Origin: Gnetum montanum
Taxonomy: Eukaryota > Plantae > Gnetophyta
Assembly: GCA_015680685.1 (NCBI GenBank)
Contig: MNCI01002989.1
Location: 777,706 to 841,705, forward strand
DNA length: 64,000 nucleotides
Direction: 5' to 3'
Below the pieces are notes generated by a model. It worked only from the letters and a program-made list of their open reading frames with translations, was not told the origin of the DNA and did no database searches. The first letter of the stretch is position 1; each line of letters opens with the position of its first letter. Made by a program: the position numbers and the translations under genes. Below are positions 1 to 13,436 of the stretch, piece after piece.

Positions 1-2496
1 AATTATAAGCATCCACTAAAAGAAATCTTACATCAATGACATCATAAATTCCATAATGATATCATCTGAAACATCTTACATAAAGAAATATGATAAGTTC
101 TCATTGCCACTACATAATTCATAATTTATACAAAGTCTCCTATAAAAGATCAAACACATGAATCAAATTTATATACATCTACTTATGAATAACATGTAAC
201 TTCATCTTGTATTATGAGCATCTCCTAGATACCACATGTACTCCATGCTCTTTCTAGCCCAAAGTACCTACACAGAAAACAAAAATATCAACTACTGCTG
301 AGTGAGTAACCTTAGCGTCATCTTCTGGCTGAATCAAGGATAGGTAGCCCATGACTATAATGAGTATTATAATGGGTAGGTAGCCCATTATAATACTCAT
401 CCTCTCCTACTAGATGGGGCTTGCAGCGAGAGCCACATTGGTGCACTGACAGTGGGGGTCAATCTAAAAATCAACTCCAAGTAGCCTCATCTCCAACTAG
501 TCACACACTCAATGCTAGCTCCATCATTCAAACACACATCAAAAAATCAAACCATGGCATCATCCAGCCATCTCACAATCATCAAAAGATTACTAAATGA
601 CATTGATGATGGAGGGACTCAACATCAATTTTACATAAGCTAATAAAAAGACCATCAATCCAACATGTCATCCAAAATCCAAAAATTTGACATGTTCTAC
701 AATAATTCCAAGATAAAAAATCTAGCATGTCCCATAAAATCCAATGGTCCAAGACTCCAACAAAATCCAATTTAATAGATCCAAATTCCCCAAGATTTCA
801 ACACCCAATCATAAGATCAAACTCAATAAAATTCCAATCCCAAATGTCCAAAGATTCACAATAAATTAAAATTCATATCCCTTCAACAATTTGGAATGGG
901 TAATATCCAAAAACTTCAAAAGAGATATAGCAATTTTAATGATCAAAATCAGAAAATGACGCACATCTCTGAACAACTTCACTAGAATTCAACATCTCAA
1001 ACAAGTTAATAGGTAAACTAAATAGCTACAAATAAAATTCCCATAACTCACACATCCCAATGAATTTCTTCTTGATTAATGATTCAAATCAAAGCTAATA
1101 TCAATTCTTAGTTACTATAAAAATATTTAAACCATTACAGATTCATAACAATAGATATCTGTCTAACATTATAGAAAATTAGAAATAGAGACAGAATGAA
1201 TGACTAACACTAAATTTGATATAACACTATAAAAAAATCAACTTTTTAACTCCTTATACTTCAATTGGAAATCTAACATTCATGTCTAAGTCTCATAAAA
1301 GTTTTAGAAGAAACCAAGCTATAGATATGAAGATAGTAATAGATGAATCTTTGTATCAGATTTCTACATAGATTCAAACAAATTTAGACAACCCCCAAAG
1401 ATGGAACCATGACTATAACTACACATGATTTGTAGTGATTCCACTTGGATATGGAGAGTATATATGTGTAAGTATCATATTAAAATTTCAGAATCAGAGT
1501 TGCAATAAAACCATAGATATATTCTTAACTCTATACCCTACTAAAATTGCTACAATTTTGGATAGTGTTAGAAAAACAACATGTAGCACCTCATCTACAA
1601 TGAATTATGACTTGAGTCCCCATCAAAGTTTTAGATAATATCTTATGGAATTGAAAAATAGGTCAAATCACAACTAGATTCAAAATATAATGAGATATAT
1701 GGACATTTTATCAAGACCTATTCGAATCATTATAAATCCTCAAAAGGCAAAGCTTATAGGAAGTACTATAAATCAGGAAAAATCAACAAATCCAACAATG
1801 AAAATTGAAATTCATAACATGGCAGTAATATCCATTTCCAAATATGCTAGATCTACAAGATTTAAAATCAATTAAAACAAGACCCAACCCTGATCTATAC
1901 AAAAGCTGGTGAACTGAAACAACCATGAAAAGGGAGCCAAGATTACTCACCTAGATGTTGTTAGCTTCTATTACTTAAGCCTTCCCACATGCTTCCTAGA
2001 CCAACAAGATCCTCATACTTCTCCAACCCAAGAGCTAAGAGACCAAGAATACTTTGGGTTAAGGAAGTGGGTGGTACTTAAAGGCTTCTTCCTTACTCCA
2101 TCTACTTCGAACCCAGGTGACCTAGCTACCCTCTCCCATCTACCTCTAAGACCAATGTGACTCATCTACCTTTATTTCATTTAATCTAAGCAATAACCAA
2201 AGTGAAATTAAAATTACAAATTACATGAATAAATCACATGACATGCCATTATAGACATCACAACCATACCATGCCCATGCCATTGCCTTCATGAGAATGT
2301 ACCATAACTCATTTAGCTAGTTAGTACACACCAATGATAGGTAAAAATCATTAATCATGGATAATGGTAAAAATGAGTAATAAAAATTTATCATATGCTA
2401 AGAAAAATTAATTTTTCATATATAAAAAAAGTAATTTTAATATTATTAACCATCCTCAAGCATTCAAAAGCTTTTACTAAAATATGTGTTGTTACA
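1..2496 (-). repeat. 3' LTR of the Tekay-like element (~2.7 kb, ~227 bp outside the window)
   Basis: Starts TGTAAC on the minus strand at 2496 directly after the PPT; colinear with 5994-9886 apart from a ~520-bp deletion and the solo-LTR insertion. Confidence 0.92.
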
Positions 2497-2510
2497 TTCT
2501 CCCCCCTTAA
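2497..2510 (-). other. Polypurine tract
   Basis: Minus strand TTAAGGGGGGAGAA abutting the TGTAAC LTR start. Confidence 0.9.
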
Positions 2511-2514
2511 GAAT

Positions 2515-5500
2515 CTTCCACTTGGAATATTTTAAGATGGGATGCATATACATTAGACTCAAGTTTCCAAGTTGGTTCTTGAGAACCATGACAACTCCAT
2601 AAGATCTTCACCATTAGATTTGATTTGCTACGTAGTTAACACACCATGCAATCTATAATTTTAATTCAATGTTCAACATAGGAGACATCAATCTAAAGTT
2701 GCACTTCATACCAATCTACTACATGGTTTTCATCAAGAAAATAATGTCACAACATGGATACATGGAATACATCATGCATGTTAGAGAGTTGTGGTGGTAG
2801 ACTCACATGATATGCCATCTCTCTAATACCCTAAAAGATATCAAAGGGACTAATGTAACAAGGTATTAATTTACCTTTCTATCCAAAGTGCATCAAGCCC
2901 TTCAGTGGAGAGATTCAAATGAACACCTTGTCTCCTACTACAAACTCAAGAGCCCTCCTTATATGATTTGCATAGCTCACTTGATGATCTTGAGTATCCT
3001 TGAGCCACTCTCGAATTACCTTTATTTTCTCTATGGTGTGAAGGATAATGTCAAAGCTAATTTTTAAACTATCCTCAACTACATCCCAACAAAATGGTGT
3101 TCTACAAGGTCTACCATGCAAGATCTCATATGGTGCCACCTTCAAACTTGCTTGGTAGTTATTGTTGTAGGAAAAATCTACTAATGGTAAAAGAATATTT
3201 TAAGAATTTGAAAACTATAATGTGCATGTTTGAAGCATGCCTTCTAACACCTGGTTAACCCATTCAACCTATCCATCTATTTGAGGATGATATGCTAAAC
3301 TCAAGTTCAGCCTACTACCTAGGCTCATCATAAAAGCTTCCCAAAATCAAAAGGTGAATTAACATTGCAATCTGATATAATCTTGCTGGGAATGCCATGT
3401 GGTCAAATAATCTCAACAAATATTAATAGTGCTACAACTTTAGCACTAGCTAAATTTTTTGTAGAAAGAAAGCAAGTAGGCCTAACAAGTCGACAATCAC
3501 AAGGATAGCATCCTTACCACTCATAGTCCAAAGAAATTTGTTAATGAATTCCATACCAATTACCACCCATTTCCACTCTATAATTATGTGAGGGTGCAAG
3601 TAGCCACTTGGTTATTAATGCTCTAACTTAACTTGTTGACAAATTAAGCACTTTGCTACAAATTCTCCAACTTACTTCTTCATTCCTAGCCATTAGTACA
3701 ACTTCTTTAGCATTTGATACATTTTGTCACTACTCAGATGCATTGAAATCAACTGAGGTGAGCCTTCTCTAGCAAACCTTGCCACAAGGCAATAAGTACA
3801 CATACTTGATCCTTACAATGAAGCATTCCCAACACTTCTATTGTGACTAACGAATCACTCTATCCCTTAAGTGAATCCCAAGGTTATAAAGTTCACCAAC
3901 CATCTATCTCAAAGAATTTGTAACCATATTGCTTTTGTCTGGCTAGTACTAGATGGTAAATTCAAAGTTAGCTAATAACACTACCCATCATCATAGTCAT
4001 AGGTTCAATTATGGTTGATTCAAATTATCAATTTCTTTCTGAAGAGATAGTGATGCCAAAACTTAAAGGCAAACACCACTACTCCCAACTCAAGAGCATG
4101 GGTGGGTAGCATGTCTCATGACACTTCAATTATCTTAAGGCATATGCTATCACCGTGTCCTTCTGCATAAGGATACATCCATACCCTTCTCCTAATGTAT
4201 TTTTACATACATCAAAGTATCCTCAAAAGCAACTTGACAATGAGGATCTAAAGAAATCCAATGTCCTTCTGCAATAGCTTCATGAGAGATGAAGCAATGT
4301 GAGTAGGATCCACTACTATTCTAGCCTCTAAGATAACATGACCTAAGAATTGGATCCCTTGATACCAAAATAAGTACTTTGAAGGTTAAGCATATAGTTG
4401 ATGTTCTCTAACTATCTACAAGATGATTCTTAGATGATGCTCATATAGATCATCAATCCTGAATATAGCAATATGTCATCAATGAAAACAATGATAAATT
4501 GGTCTAATTATGGCTTCATGACACTATTCATGAGATGCATAAACACGACTAAAGCATTAATGATTCCAAATGGTAGAACCAAGAACTCATAATGCCCATA
4601 CCAAGTCCTGAAGACTATCTTAGAAATATCACCTTCTCTAATGCAAACCTAGTGATATCCTGATTTTAAATCTATCTTGAAGAACACTTGATCTTCCCTC
4701 AATTGGTCAAATAAATCATCTATGTAAGGTAAGGGATACATGTTCCTTACCATCACTTGATTTAGTTGCCAATATCCGATGAATAATCTCATGCTTCCAT
4801 CCTTCTTTTTGACAAAGAGGATAGGAGCTCTCCAAGGAGATACACTTAGATGAATCAAGTCTTTATCTAAAAGTTTCTAAAGTTGGACTTTGAGTTTTGC
4901 TAATTCGACAGGCCTATGTAGAGCTCTGGAGATAGGTTTAGTACTAGGTTTAAGAACAATCTCAAACTCTACCTCTCATCTTGGAGGCAAACCTAGCAAT
5001 TTTGACTAAAAGACATTAGAAAATTCACAAGCTATAGTGATTTGATCAATTCCTAGCAATTAAGAAATCTCACTAACAAATACTACAAAGTAAGGATGAC
5101 CTTTTCGAAATAAATGGTAAAAAGATCTTGATGAAGCCAAGTCTATCTTAATATTGGGGGCTTCATGTGCACACTCACTTATACACCTTTTCTGCTACTA
5201 AGGATAATGTCTTACAATAACAATCCAAGCTACCCTAGAAATGCACCAAACAATCCATCCCCAAAATGATGTTGTAGTCTCCTAAGCTCATGACATGAAG
5301 TTCATGAGGCCAAGGAACATCTTGGATGATTAAAGAAACAGATTTATAGGCTACCATTTCCAGCATTAATAGCAAGTCCTTAGACTAGGGGCTTACATAT
5401 CAAGCCCACCATTCTAACAACTAACAAATCAACAAAAGCCCTGCTACTACTTTTCTTTAAATACACTGTAGATCTTGGTTATAATATGTTCCACTCCATG

Positions 5501-5710
5501 TCTTGATGGAGGAATTACTTCATATAGTAATTGAAATTAGTTTGGTTTATCCCCTCATTTGAGATTAGTGTTGGGATCACATTCTCTGCATGAGGTTCTA
5601 TTGAAGGTTCCTCCATTCAGATAGAAATAGGTTAAGGAATTAAAGATGGTTGACTAGGTCCAACATCCATCCTTTTACATAAACCATGACATTGCCTAGT
5701 ACTTGCCATT
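2515..5710 (-). pseudogene. Degenerate gag-pol (protease, RT, partial RNase H, integrase, chromodomain); most of gag missing
   Basis: ORF 4649-4858 [19 protein letters not shown]...[11 protein letters not shown] (RT); ORF 2915-3145 APYEILHGRPCRTPFCW...LEFVVGDKVF (integrase C-terminus); VKILWSCHGSQEPTWKLE at ~2560-2612 (Tekay-type chromodomain); many stops and frameshifts. Confidence 0.92.
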
Positions 5711-5751
5711 GCTAAACAAACTACAAGAAATGAGGAAATTCCCAAACCTAT

Positions 5752-5763
5752 GCTTTGATACCA
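5752..5763 (-). other. Primer-binding site, initiator tRNA-Met type
   Basis: Minus strand TGGTATCAAAGC (canonical TGGTATCAGAGC), 3 nt after the LTR end GTTACA at 5767. Confidence 0.9.
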
Positions 5764-5766
5764 ACT

Positions 5767-8700
5767 TGTAACATCCTCCTTCCTACCCTTAGGATGAAGA
5801 ACATTACATGGGATAAGAATAGACAACAAAGGTTAGTCATGATAGAGTAATGAAATTGATTTATTCTAACATAGTGAAACAAAGTATGATTAATCCATGA
5901 ACAAGAGGAAGAAGAGATTAAATGATAAGATAATGGGAATAAATTATATCTTTTAATATTAAGATGAATATATATACAAGTAATAAAGAGTTGAATTATA
6001 AGCATCCACTAAAAGAAATCTTACATCAATGACATCATAAATTCCATAATGATCTAATCTAAAACATCTTACATAAAGAAATATGATAAGTTCTCATTCT
6101 CACTACATAATTCATAATCTATACAAAGTCTACTATAAAAGATCAAACAAGTGAATCAAATTAATATACATCTACTTATGAATAACATATAATTTCATCT
6201 TGTATTATGAGCATCTCCTGGATACCACATGTACTCCATGATCTTCCTAGAATGAAGTACCTATACAAAACAAAAAATTATTAGCTACTGCTGAGTGAGT
6301 AATGTTGGCACCATCTTGCAACCAAATCAAGGACAGGTCTCATGGGAGCTAGGTAGGGCATGACAACCTACAAAACCTTCAAAGCAAAGCATATCCAAAC
6401 ATACAACCACTACAACATCCAATATCATCTATTGCAAACATGCCAAAAATACAATGCCATGCATCTATCAATGAAAAAAGAAATCCAAACACATAACCAT
6501 CACAAACATCCATCAAGAATGGGATCAATCCATTTGACCATCACAACAATCCAAAACCAACAACTGTCCACTCCAACCATCAACCGAGCAAAAAAGAAGG
6601 CTAGCACACACCGCACTCACTATCAGTGTGTATTAAGTTGTCATAAATACTTTCAAATTTCCAAATCAAAGTTTCCAAAAAAATATCAAATTATCATGCA
6701 CATGGATTTATAATTATTCTCAATGAAACAAGGTGGTCCTTGTGAATCCCCACCAAGATTCAAACCAAGGTGGTTCCTGTGGATCCCCACCAAGATTCCC
6801 AAACATATTGGTGCTAGAGATGTTCCTATGGATACCAACCTCTAGTATTCTGGAGGAACCAAACAAGATCAATAAGCCATGGATCACCCTCTCCTACTAG
6901 ATGGGGCCTGTAGTGAGAGCCACACAAGTGCATTGACAATGGGGATCAATCATAAAAATCAACTCCAGGGAGCCTCATCTCCAACCAACCACATACTTGA
7001 TGCTAGCTCCATCATCCAAACATACATCAAGCAATCAAATCCTATAATCATCTAGTCATCTCATAATCATCAAAAGATTACTAACTGACACTGATGATGG
7101 AGGGACTTAACATCCTTTTTACATAAGTCAACAAAAGGACCATCAATCCAACATGTCGTCCAAAATCCAAAAATTTGACATGTTCTACAAAAATTCCAAG
7201 AGCAACAATTTGGCATGTCCCAATAAATCCAATGGTCCAATACTTCAACAAAATCCAATTCAATAGATCCAAATTCTCAAAGATTTCAACACCCAATTAC
7301 AAGATCAAACTCAACAAAATACCAGTCCCAAATGTCCAAATATTCACAATAAATTAAAATTCATAACCCTTCAATAATTTGCAATGGATAATATCCAACA
7401 ACTTCAAAAGAGATATAGCAATGCAAAGGATCAAAATCAGAAAATGATACACATCTGCCAACAACTTTATTAGAATCAACATCTCAAACAAGTTAATAGG
7501 CAAACTAAACAGTTATAAATAAAACTCTCATAATTCACACATCCCTATAAATTTATTCTTAATTAATGATTCAACTAACAGATAATATCTATAATTAGTT
7601 ATTGTAAAAATATTTAAATCAATAAAGATTCACAACAATAGATATGAATCCAACATTATAGAAAATCAGAAACAGAGATAATGAATGACTAACAATAAAT
7701 TTGATATAACTCTATCAAATAATCATCTTTTTAACTTCTTCCACTTTATTTGAAAATATAACATCCACATCTAAGTCTCAAAAATATCTTAGAAGAAACT
7801 GAGCTATAGATATGGAGATATTAATAGATGAATCTTTGTATTAGATTTCTACATAAATTCAAACAAATTCAAATAACCCCCAAAGATGGAACCATACCTC
7901 TAACTAAACATTATACTTTTTAGTGCTTCCACTTGGAGCTTGACAGTATAGGTGGTCTAAGTATCATATTAAAATTTCAAAATCATAGTCACAATAAAAC
8001 CAAAGATATGTCCTTAACTCTAGACCCTACTAATATTGGTGCGATTCCAGAAAGCATTGGAAAAAAAACATGTAGCACCTTATTTACAATGAATTATGAT
8101 CTATGCCCCTCATCAAAGTTGTATATAATATCTTAAGAAATCTAAAAATAGGTAGATCACAACTAGATTTGAAATACAAAGAGAGATATGGACATTTTAC
8201 TGATACCTATTTGAATCATTGTAAATCCTCAAAAGGAAAAGTTCATAGGAAGTACTATAAATCAGGAAAAATCAACAAATCTAGCATTAAAAATTTAGGT
8301 TTATAACATGGCAATAATACCCATCCCCAAATATGCTAGATCTACAAGATTTTACATCAATTAAAATAAGAACCAACCCCAATCTGTATAAAACCTGGTG
8401 AACTGAAACAACCATGAAAAGGGAGCCAAGATTACTCACCCAGTTGTTGTTAGCTTTTGTTACTTGAGTCTTTCCACATGCTCTTGTTAAATCCCAAAAT
8501 TGGTAGTTTTAAAATCTTATTTACATATTGTTAATAATTTAATTAGTGTTTAATTAATGTTTATTTTAGTTATTTTAATTTTTTTTAGTTTACTGTATTT
8601 TAGTTTATTATAGTGATGAGTATTAGTTTATTATTATTAGATTATTATTAGTTTATTAGTTTTTATGTACTAAAGACTTCAACCAAAGGTGCAAGTTTTG

Positions 8701-9886
8701 TTACTATGTAGCCATGTTGTGGCAGTTGAAGAATCCAATTCCTTGATCTATATTGGTGTTATGTTTTCTAGTTTCTGGTTTTGTTTTTGCAGTAGTAACA
8801 AAAATGCACATTGAGAATTTATGGTGGTAAGGGAGCTATAACTTGGATGTTGATGCTACAATTGGACATTATGCAGGTAATAAGGCATGGTTCCTAGCCA
8901 TTTTTATGGCTGCACATTCCTACAACCATTACCTACACAGGCGGTGGTGGTGCACATTACAATGAATGTTACCTATAGGGGTGGTGGTAGTGGATGTTAC
9001 AGTGAAAATTACCTACAGGGGTGGTGGCAATGGACATTACAATGGACATTATTTCCATGGCCATTACGCACAGGTGGTGGCTCCTCATGTTCTAGATCAG
9101 TCCTTATAAATTCCCTGCTTAGATGCAATAGAGGGGACAAAGTATAGAAAAAAGGATTCAAGAAATAGATAGAGGATACTATTGAAAGAACCACACCAAA
9201 TTAAATTTTTTTATGCACAAAATTGTGAAGGAAGAGTGTTAATGCTTTATGACAATTAACAACCAACAATGTGTTAAGATTATGAAGTTGTTGCATTGTA
9301 GAGACAATAGAGTAGGGTCACAAATTAGGTGATGTCTCCTTTGTAATCTTCCTTTTTCTCATAAATTTATTTAAATTCAGTTTGGTTTAATTAATTGTAT
9401 TCATCTTTGAACTTAATGTTAGAAGTTAAGGTGAATATTGTTGATTTTACTTATGGGTGACAGCCATAAGTGTGGTGTTCTCAATTGAATCTAGATCAAA
9501 TCGTTGGATGTATGTCTTGATGATCTTTTGACTTTAAACTGTTCCTCCATGGGATATGACTTGTGAGTTTGTCACAAATGAGGTGACAATTTCTACAACA
9601 AAAGAAATGAAGATAAAGATTAAAGGTATCCAACATTGAATTTTGCTTGGCTCATCAACTCCCTAGACCAACAAGCTCCTCACACTCCTCCAACGTAGCA
9701 AACCTTCAAGCTAAGAGCTAAGAGACCAAGAATGCTTTGGGTTAAGGGAGTGGGTGGTACTTAAAGGCTTATTCCCTACTCCATCTTCTCTTAACCCATG
9801 TGACCTAGCTACCCTCTCTCATCTATCTTCAAGAACCATATGACTCATTTACCTTTCTCCCCTTTAATCTAAGTAATAACCAAAGT
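5767..9886 (-). repeat. 5' LTR of the Tekay-like element, interrupted at 8485-9657 and truncated at 9886
   Basis: Similarity to the other LTR resumes at 9658 and stops after CAAAGT (9881-9886, equivalent to 2198-2203); the outer ~290 bp are missing. Confidence 0.9.
8485..9657 (+). mobile_element. Solo LTR (1173 bp) nested in the Tekay 5' LTR
   Basis: Absent from the sister LTR; TG...CA ends; degenerate 5-bp TSD GCTCT/ACTCC; CCTACAGGGGTGGTGG-like repeats (8930-9080) precede a TATAAAT at ~9105. Confidence 0.85.
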
Positions 9887-10984
9887 ATTATTATATTTGG
9901 TGAAGCTTGGAATAGGCATGCCTTCATGTAATGTTATTTGAGGAATGGTAGGGATTATGGAATCATCCTATTAGAAGTTCATGACCTTCACCATTATGTT
10001 GTACTGGCTTTGAGTTTTCGTAGCTTCTCAGTAAGGTCCTAAATTAGTTGAAAGGCTTAATATAGGCCTTGTGGACCTCCTTAGGACTCCACTTAGGGCT
10101 CCACAATTTGCAGCTATGAAATGGACAATGTTATTAACTAGAGAGGCCTTATGACTACCATTGCAAGATTGTTGAATAGGGAGAATGATGTTTGTATAGG
10201 AACATGAGTAATAAAAAAGGGTATTGAAAATAAAGGAATTACATGAAACACATGAAATTTATCTAATAGAAGGACCAACCAAAACTATAAAAGGTTTAGA
10301 CATGAAGGGAACTACTGGTAGAGGTTGAGATAATATAATGAAAGGCGTGGAGGTAAACATGGAAGTAAACAAAGAAACAAGTTAAGAGTTTTGAAACATA
10401 GATATCACATAAGATGTTTGGTTTACCACTAAGACTAAATGCATGGGGTTTAACATGGTTAATTTAGGGATGAATTGCTAGAATGAATCCCCTAGATGAG
10501 CATCAGCTTCATAGTATGTCCCAAACTCTTCCTGATATCTAAGTGAAGTTCTAAATTGGCTTTTCTACTTCTTTGTCATCATCTACATTTACCAATTATG
10601 CCAACAAGTACATGTAGAATTTGGATAATTCAATATAGTCATATGGTGAAGGGATGTATTCCTTTCCATCCTTGTGGATCAACTCATATTAATGCTTGAA
10701 GTAAAACTCCTTGCATAGGATGCATAAACCTACTTGAATTTTTATGCATGTGCAGTTGTAATATTATTCATCATTATTTACATGAACTAGGTTATGTCCT
10801 AACCACCTAACAAACTACCTACACTCTACTATAGCTAGGTCCTTAGGGTCATATACATGAGCGAATTTTTTGTTCAAGGCCATGACTACTATGTTGTGTG
10901 GTAAAATAATGCATGGAAAAGCCATTAACTATGTAAGGTCCAAACATCTAAGCAAATAAGGTATAGGTTTTTAATGTCTTAGAT

Positions 10985-11255
10985 AGGTTGTAGCTTGCAG
11001 TATATAAGCTTTTAACCTATAAGCTTGTTTGAATTGTGGCGTATTTAAGGTGTAGCATATGAGAGCTATAACTTGTGGCATATGATAGCTGTAGCATATG
11101 AGACCTATGGCATGTATCATATAAAAGTTATAGCATATGAAGACTATAACTTGTGGTGTATGAGAGGTTTAGCTTGTAGCGTATGAGAGCTAGATCTTAT
11201 AGTGTTTGAGAGCAATGGTATATAAGAGTTATAGCTTGCAAGAGATGTAGCATAT
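10985..11255. repeat. Degenerate tandem array (~19-26 bp units, TAGCATATGAGAGCTATAGCTTG-like) in the element leader
   Basis: About ten recurrences of GTAGCATATGAGAG/CTATAGCTTG variants. Confidence 0.75.
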
Positions 11256-11737
11256 AAAATATCCAGTGTATTTGAGAAATCAAATTAAAGCATAAGTATG
11301 GAAATGGAGAAAATAAGGTGAACTACAATTGCAATAATAATTTTTAATTTTTTCTAGTGTATTTAAGCAACATTAAGAAAAATGGAAAAAGGCTTCAACG
11401 TATATAGGTAAAAATTCATAGAAAATTTTAAATGTGAAGAATACACGAAAATGTACAAAACTATAAATATAGGGAGCAAGGAAAGCAATGTGCATTGTAA
11501 CTGTAAAAAAAATAATTTTTTATTATTTTGCAAGGAATAGGGAAAGCACCATGCACTACAACTATGAAAATAATAATAATTTTCATTTGTTTTTTTGTAA
11601 CTGTAAAACTAAAAACTATTTGTAATGTCAAACACATAAAATAATTTTTACTTTACCAAATATGCTAGCACATAAAGATAAAAATAAGTAGAGAATTTCT
11701 TGTAGTTGAATTTTAGATGAAGAAGTTAGGTACTAGT

Positions 11738-11753
11738 CCTCCTTCTAGTGCTA
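11738..11753 (-). other. Primer-binding site complementary to the plant tRNA-Asn(GTT) 3' end
   Basis: + strand CCTCCTTCTAGTGCTA versus tRNA-Asn 3' end CCTCCTTCTAGCGCCA (two C>T changes). Confidence 0.75.
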
Positions 11754-13362
11754 GAAAACTATAATGATGGAGAAATTGATGCTAGAAAATCAAAAGAATC
11801 GATGTGAAACAATTTTAATCCCAAGATCCACAAGCCTCAAAAGGATATAGGGTACCTTAGGCAATCTTGCCAATCACCTAAGAATTTAAAAGATCTGTTA
11901 TCAAGCAAGATAAATGTAAATAAGAAAAAAATGTATGAAGTAATGATTCAATAATGGATTTGAGAGCAAACTAGGAAGTGCAAGAAATACGAAAAAAATA
12001 ACTAAAAACTTTATATTGAAGTGCTAAAAAATTATTGTAAAATTGGTTTAGAGACTACAGATCATTAGCTTCAAAAGCTTGAGAATACAGGAAATATTCA
12101 TCTAATATCTAGTGCAGGATGTAGGGTATGTTCTACACTTGAATCTACACTTGTTTCTTGATCGATCTACTTCATAAAAAATGTGGTGATGAGTTCTTTT
12201 TTCTCTTAGTGATCTACATTGAAAAGGCTGCAAAAGAAAATGAAAATGTGCAATGATTATATGAAAGATGTGCCAAAATGAGACAAAAATCATGTTGAAG
12301 ACTCACCTAAATAGGCCTCCAATTTGTTGTTGTTATGTCAATTACATTTCCACATGCTTTCTAGACTATTAAATAGTGTATTTGGGTCATTTTAATGGTC
12401 CAAAATTGTAGCATATGGGCCACTAGCATTTTTAATGAATTTCCCTTTAAATGTTAGCATTTTTTGCCATTTTCATGGCCTAAAACTACAATGTATGAGC
12501 CATCAGCATTTTTGACTTTTGGTGTCAAACTTGGTAGTGTTTTGACCTTTTAGCCCTCATACGCTAGCATAATAAAATTCATAGCTTGTAGACATGAATT
12601 TTATTTTACATGTTTTCAAACAATCAAGAATTTTTGCTAAAACAAGGCCATAAGATAGCATTTTGATGGAAAAACAAGGTAATTTTTTCTGCTCTTGAAT
12701 CCAATAATGATACAATTAAAATCTAGCTACTAGACTATATTTGCAACATGAATTTTCTTTATGGTGTTTTAGTATCTAGATCACCCTAATCACATGTTCC
12801 ACAAAGGATCTCTTGTGGTTATGATCTAGGCTCTCCTTTCTTAATCTCTCTCTTGACCATTTTGACACTCCCTTTTTCTCACCTTACTACCCACTATCAT
12901 GCTCATTTACTAATTTCCAATTTGTACACTACATAATCCTAAGACAATTTATCATAACTGTATGATGTTTAACTTGAATCACCTTTCATCATCTAAGGTG
13001 CCTTTGAACTCCTTGTGATGAGGTTAAGCAATGGAATTTTTAGTCATTTGCCTAATTTGGTAAGGACTTAGTTACATAGCTTTCATTCTCCTTCAGTTTA
13101 AACCCCATAACCATAGGTCTTGATTAGGTTAGTGGCAATCTTATCTCCTACTTTTTCCAATTTTATGCTAATTTTGATTAAGGAACATCTCATATTTACT
13201 CATTCCACAAGCTCAATTCACTCCCATTCATGAGCTAGAATCTCATAAGATGTTGTTGCCTTGGTTTTCTAGCTTTCTAGCTTTCATTTGACTCTTATTT
13301 TGTCCCTAAACTCTTCAATTTCATTTAGAATTTGAAATGAAAAATTTGTTGTGAATGGCTAC

Positions 13363-13436
13363 ATCAATGCATCCCCATCAATCTGGTCAAATATGTCGAT
13401 GTAGCCTAGTCAATGCAACACATTAATCCTATAAAT
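13363..13436 (+). promoter_or_regulatory. Internal promoter candidate: phased RTCRAY hexamer array plus TATAAAT
   Basis: Hexamers at 13363, 13377, 13395, 13409, 13422; TATAAAT at 13430-13436; same layout at 51953-52042 (minus). Confidence 0.65.

Larger units (their letters stand above)
1..9886 (-). mobile_element. Ty3/Gypsy chromovirus (Tekay/Del-like) LTR retrotransposon, decayed and internally deleted; 3' LTR runs off the window start
   Basis: Two long direct repeats (position 1 aligns to 5994), Met-type PBS at 5752-5763, PPT at 2497-2510, and PR-RT-RH-INT-chromodomain remnants between them on the minus strand. Confidence 0.93.
9887..12760 (-). mobile_element. Truncated Tat/Athila-type Gypsy element: 5' LTR (~11760-12760), PBS, leader and decayed Pro-rich gag N-terminus
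   Basis: Asn-type PBS at 11738-11753; LTR end (degenerate TGTAATG on +) at 11760; TATA-like CCTATTTAGG on minus at ~12307-12316; decayed minus-strand frame YELIHKDGKEYIPSPYDYIELSK at ~10620-10690; right boundary approximate. Confidence 0.6.

Noticed and set aside
582-8306. Short ORFs duplicated in the two Tekay LTRs (e.g. 582-770 and 7070-7258)
   Set aside because: Duplication simply reflects LTR homology; no domain or coding signal
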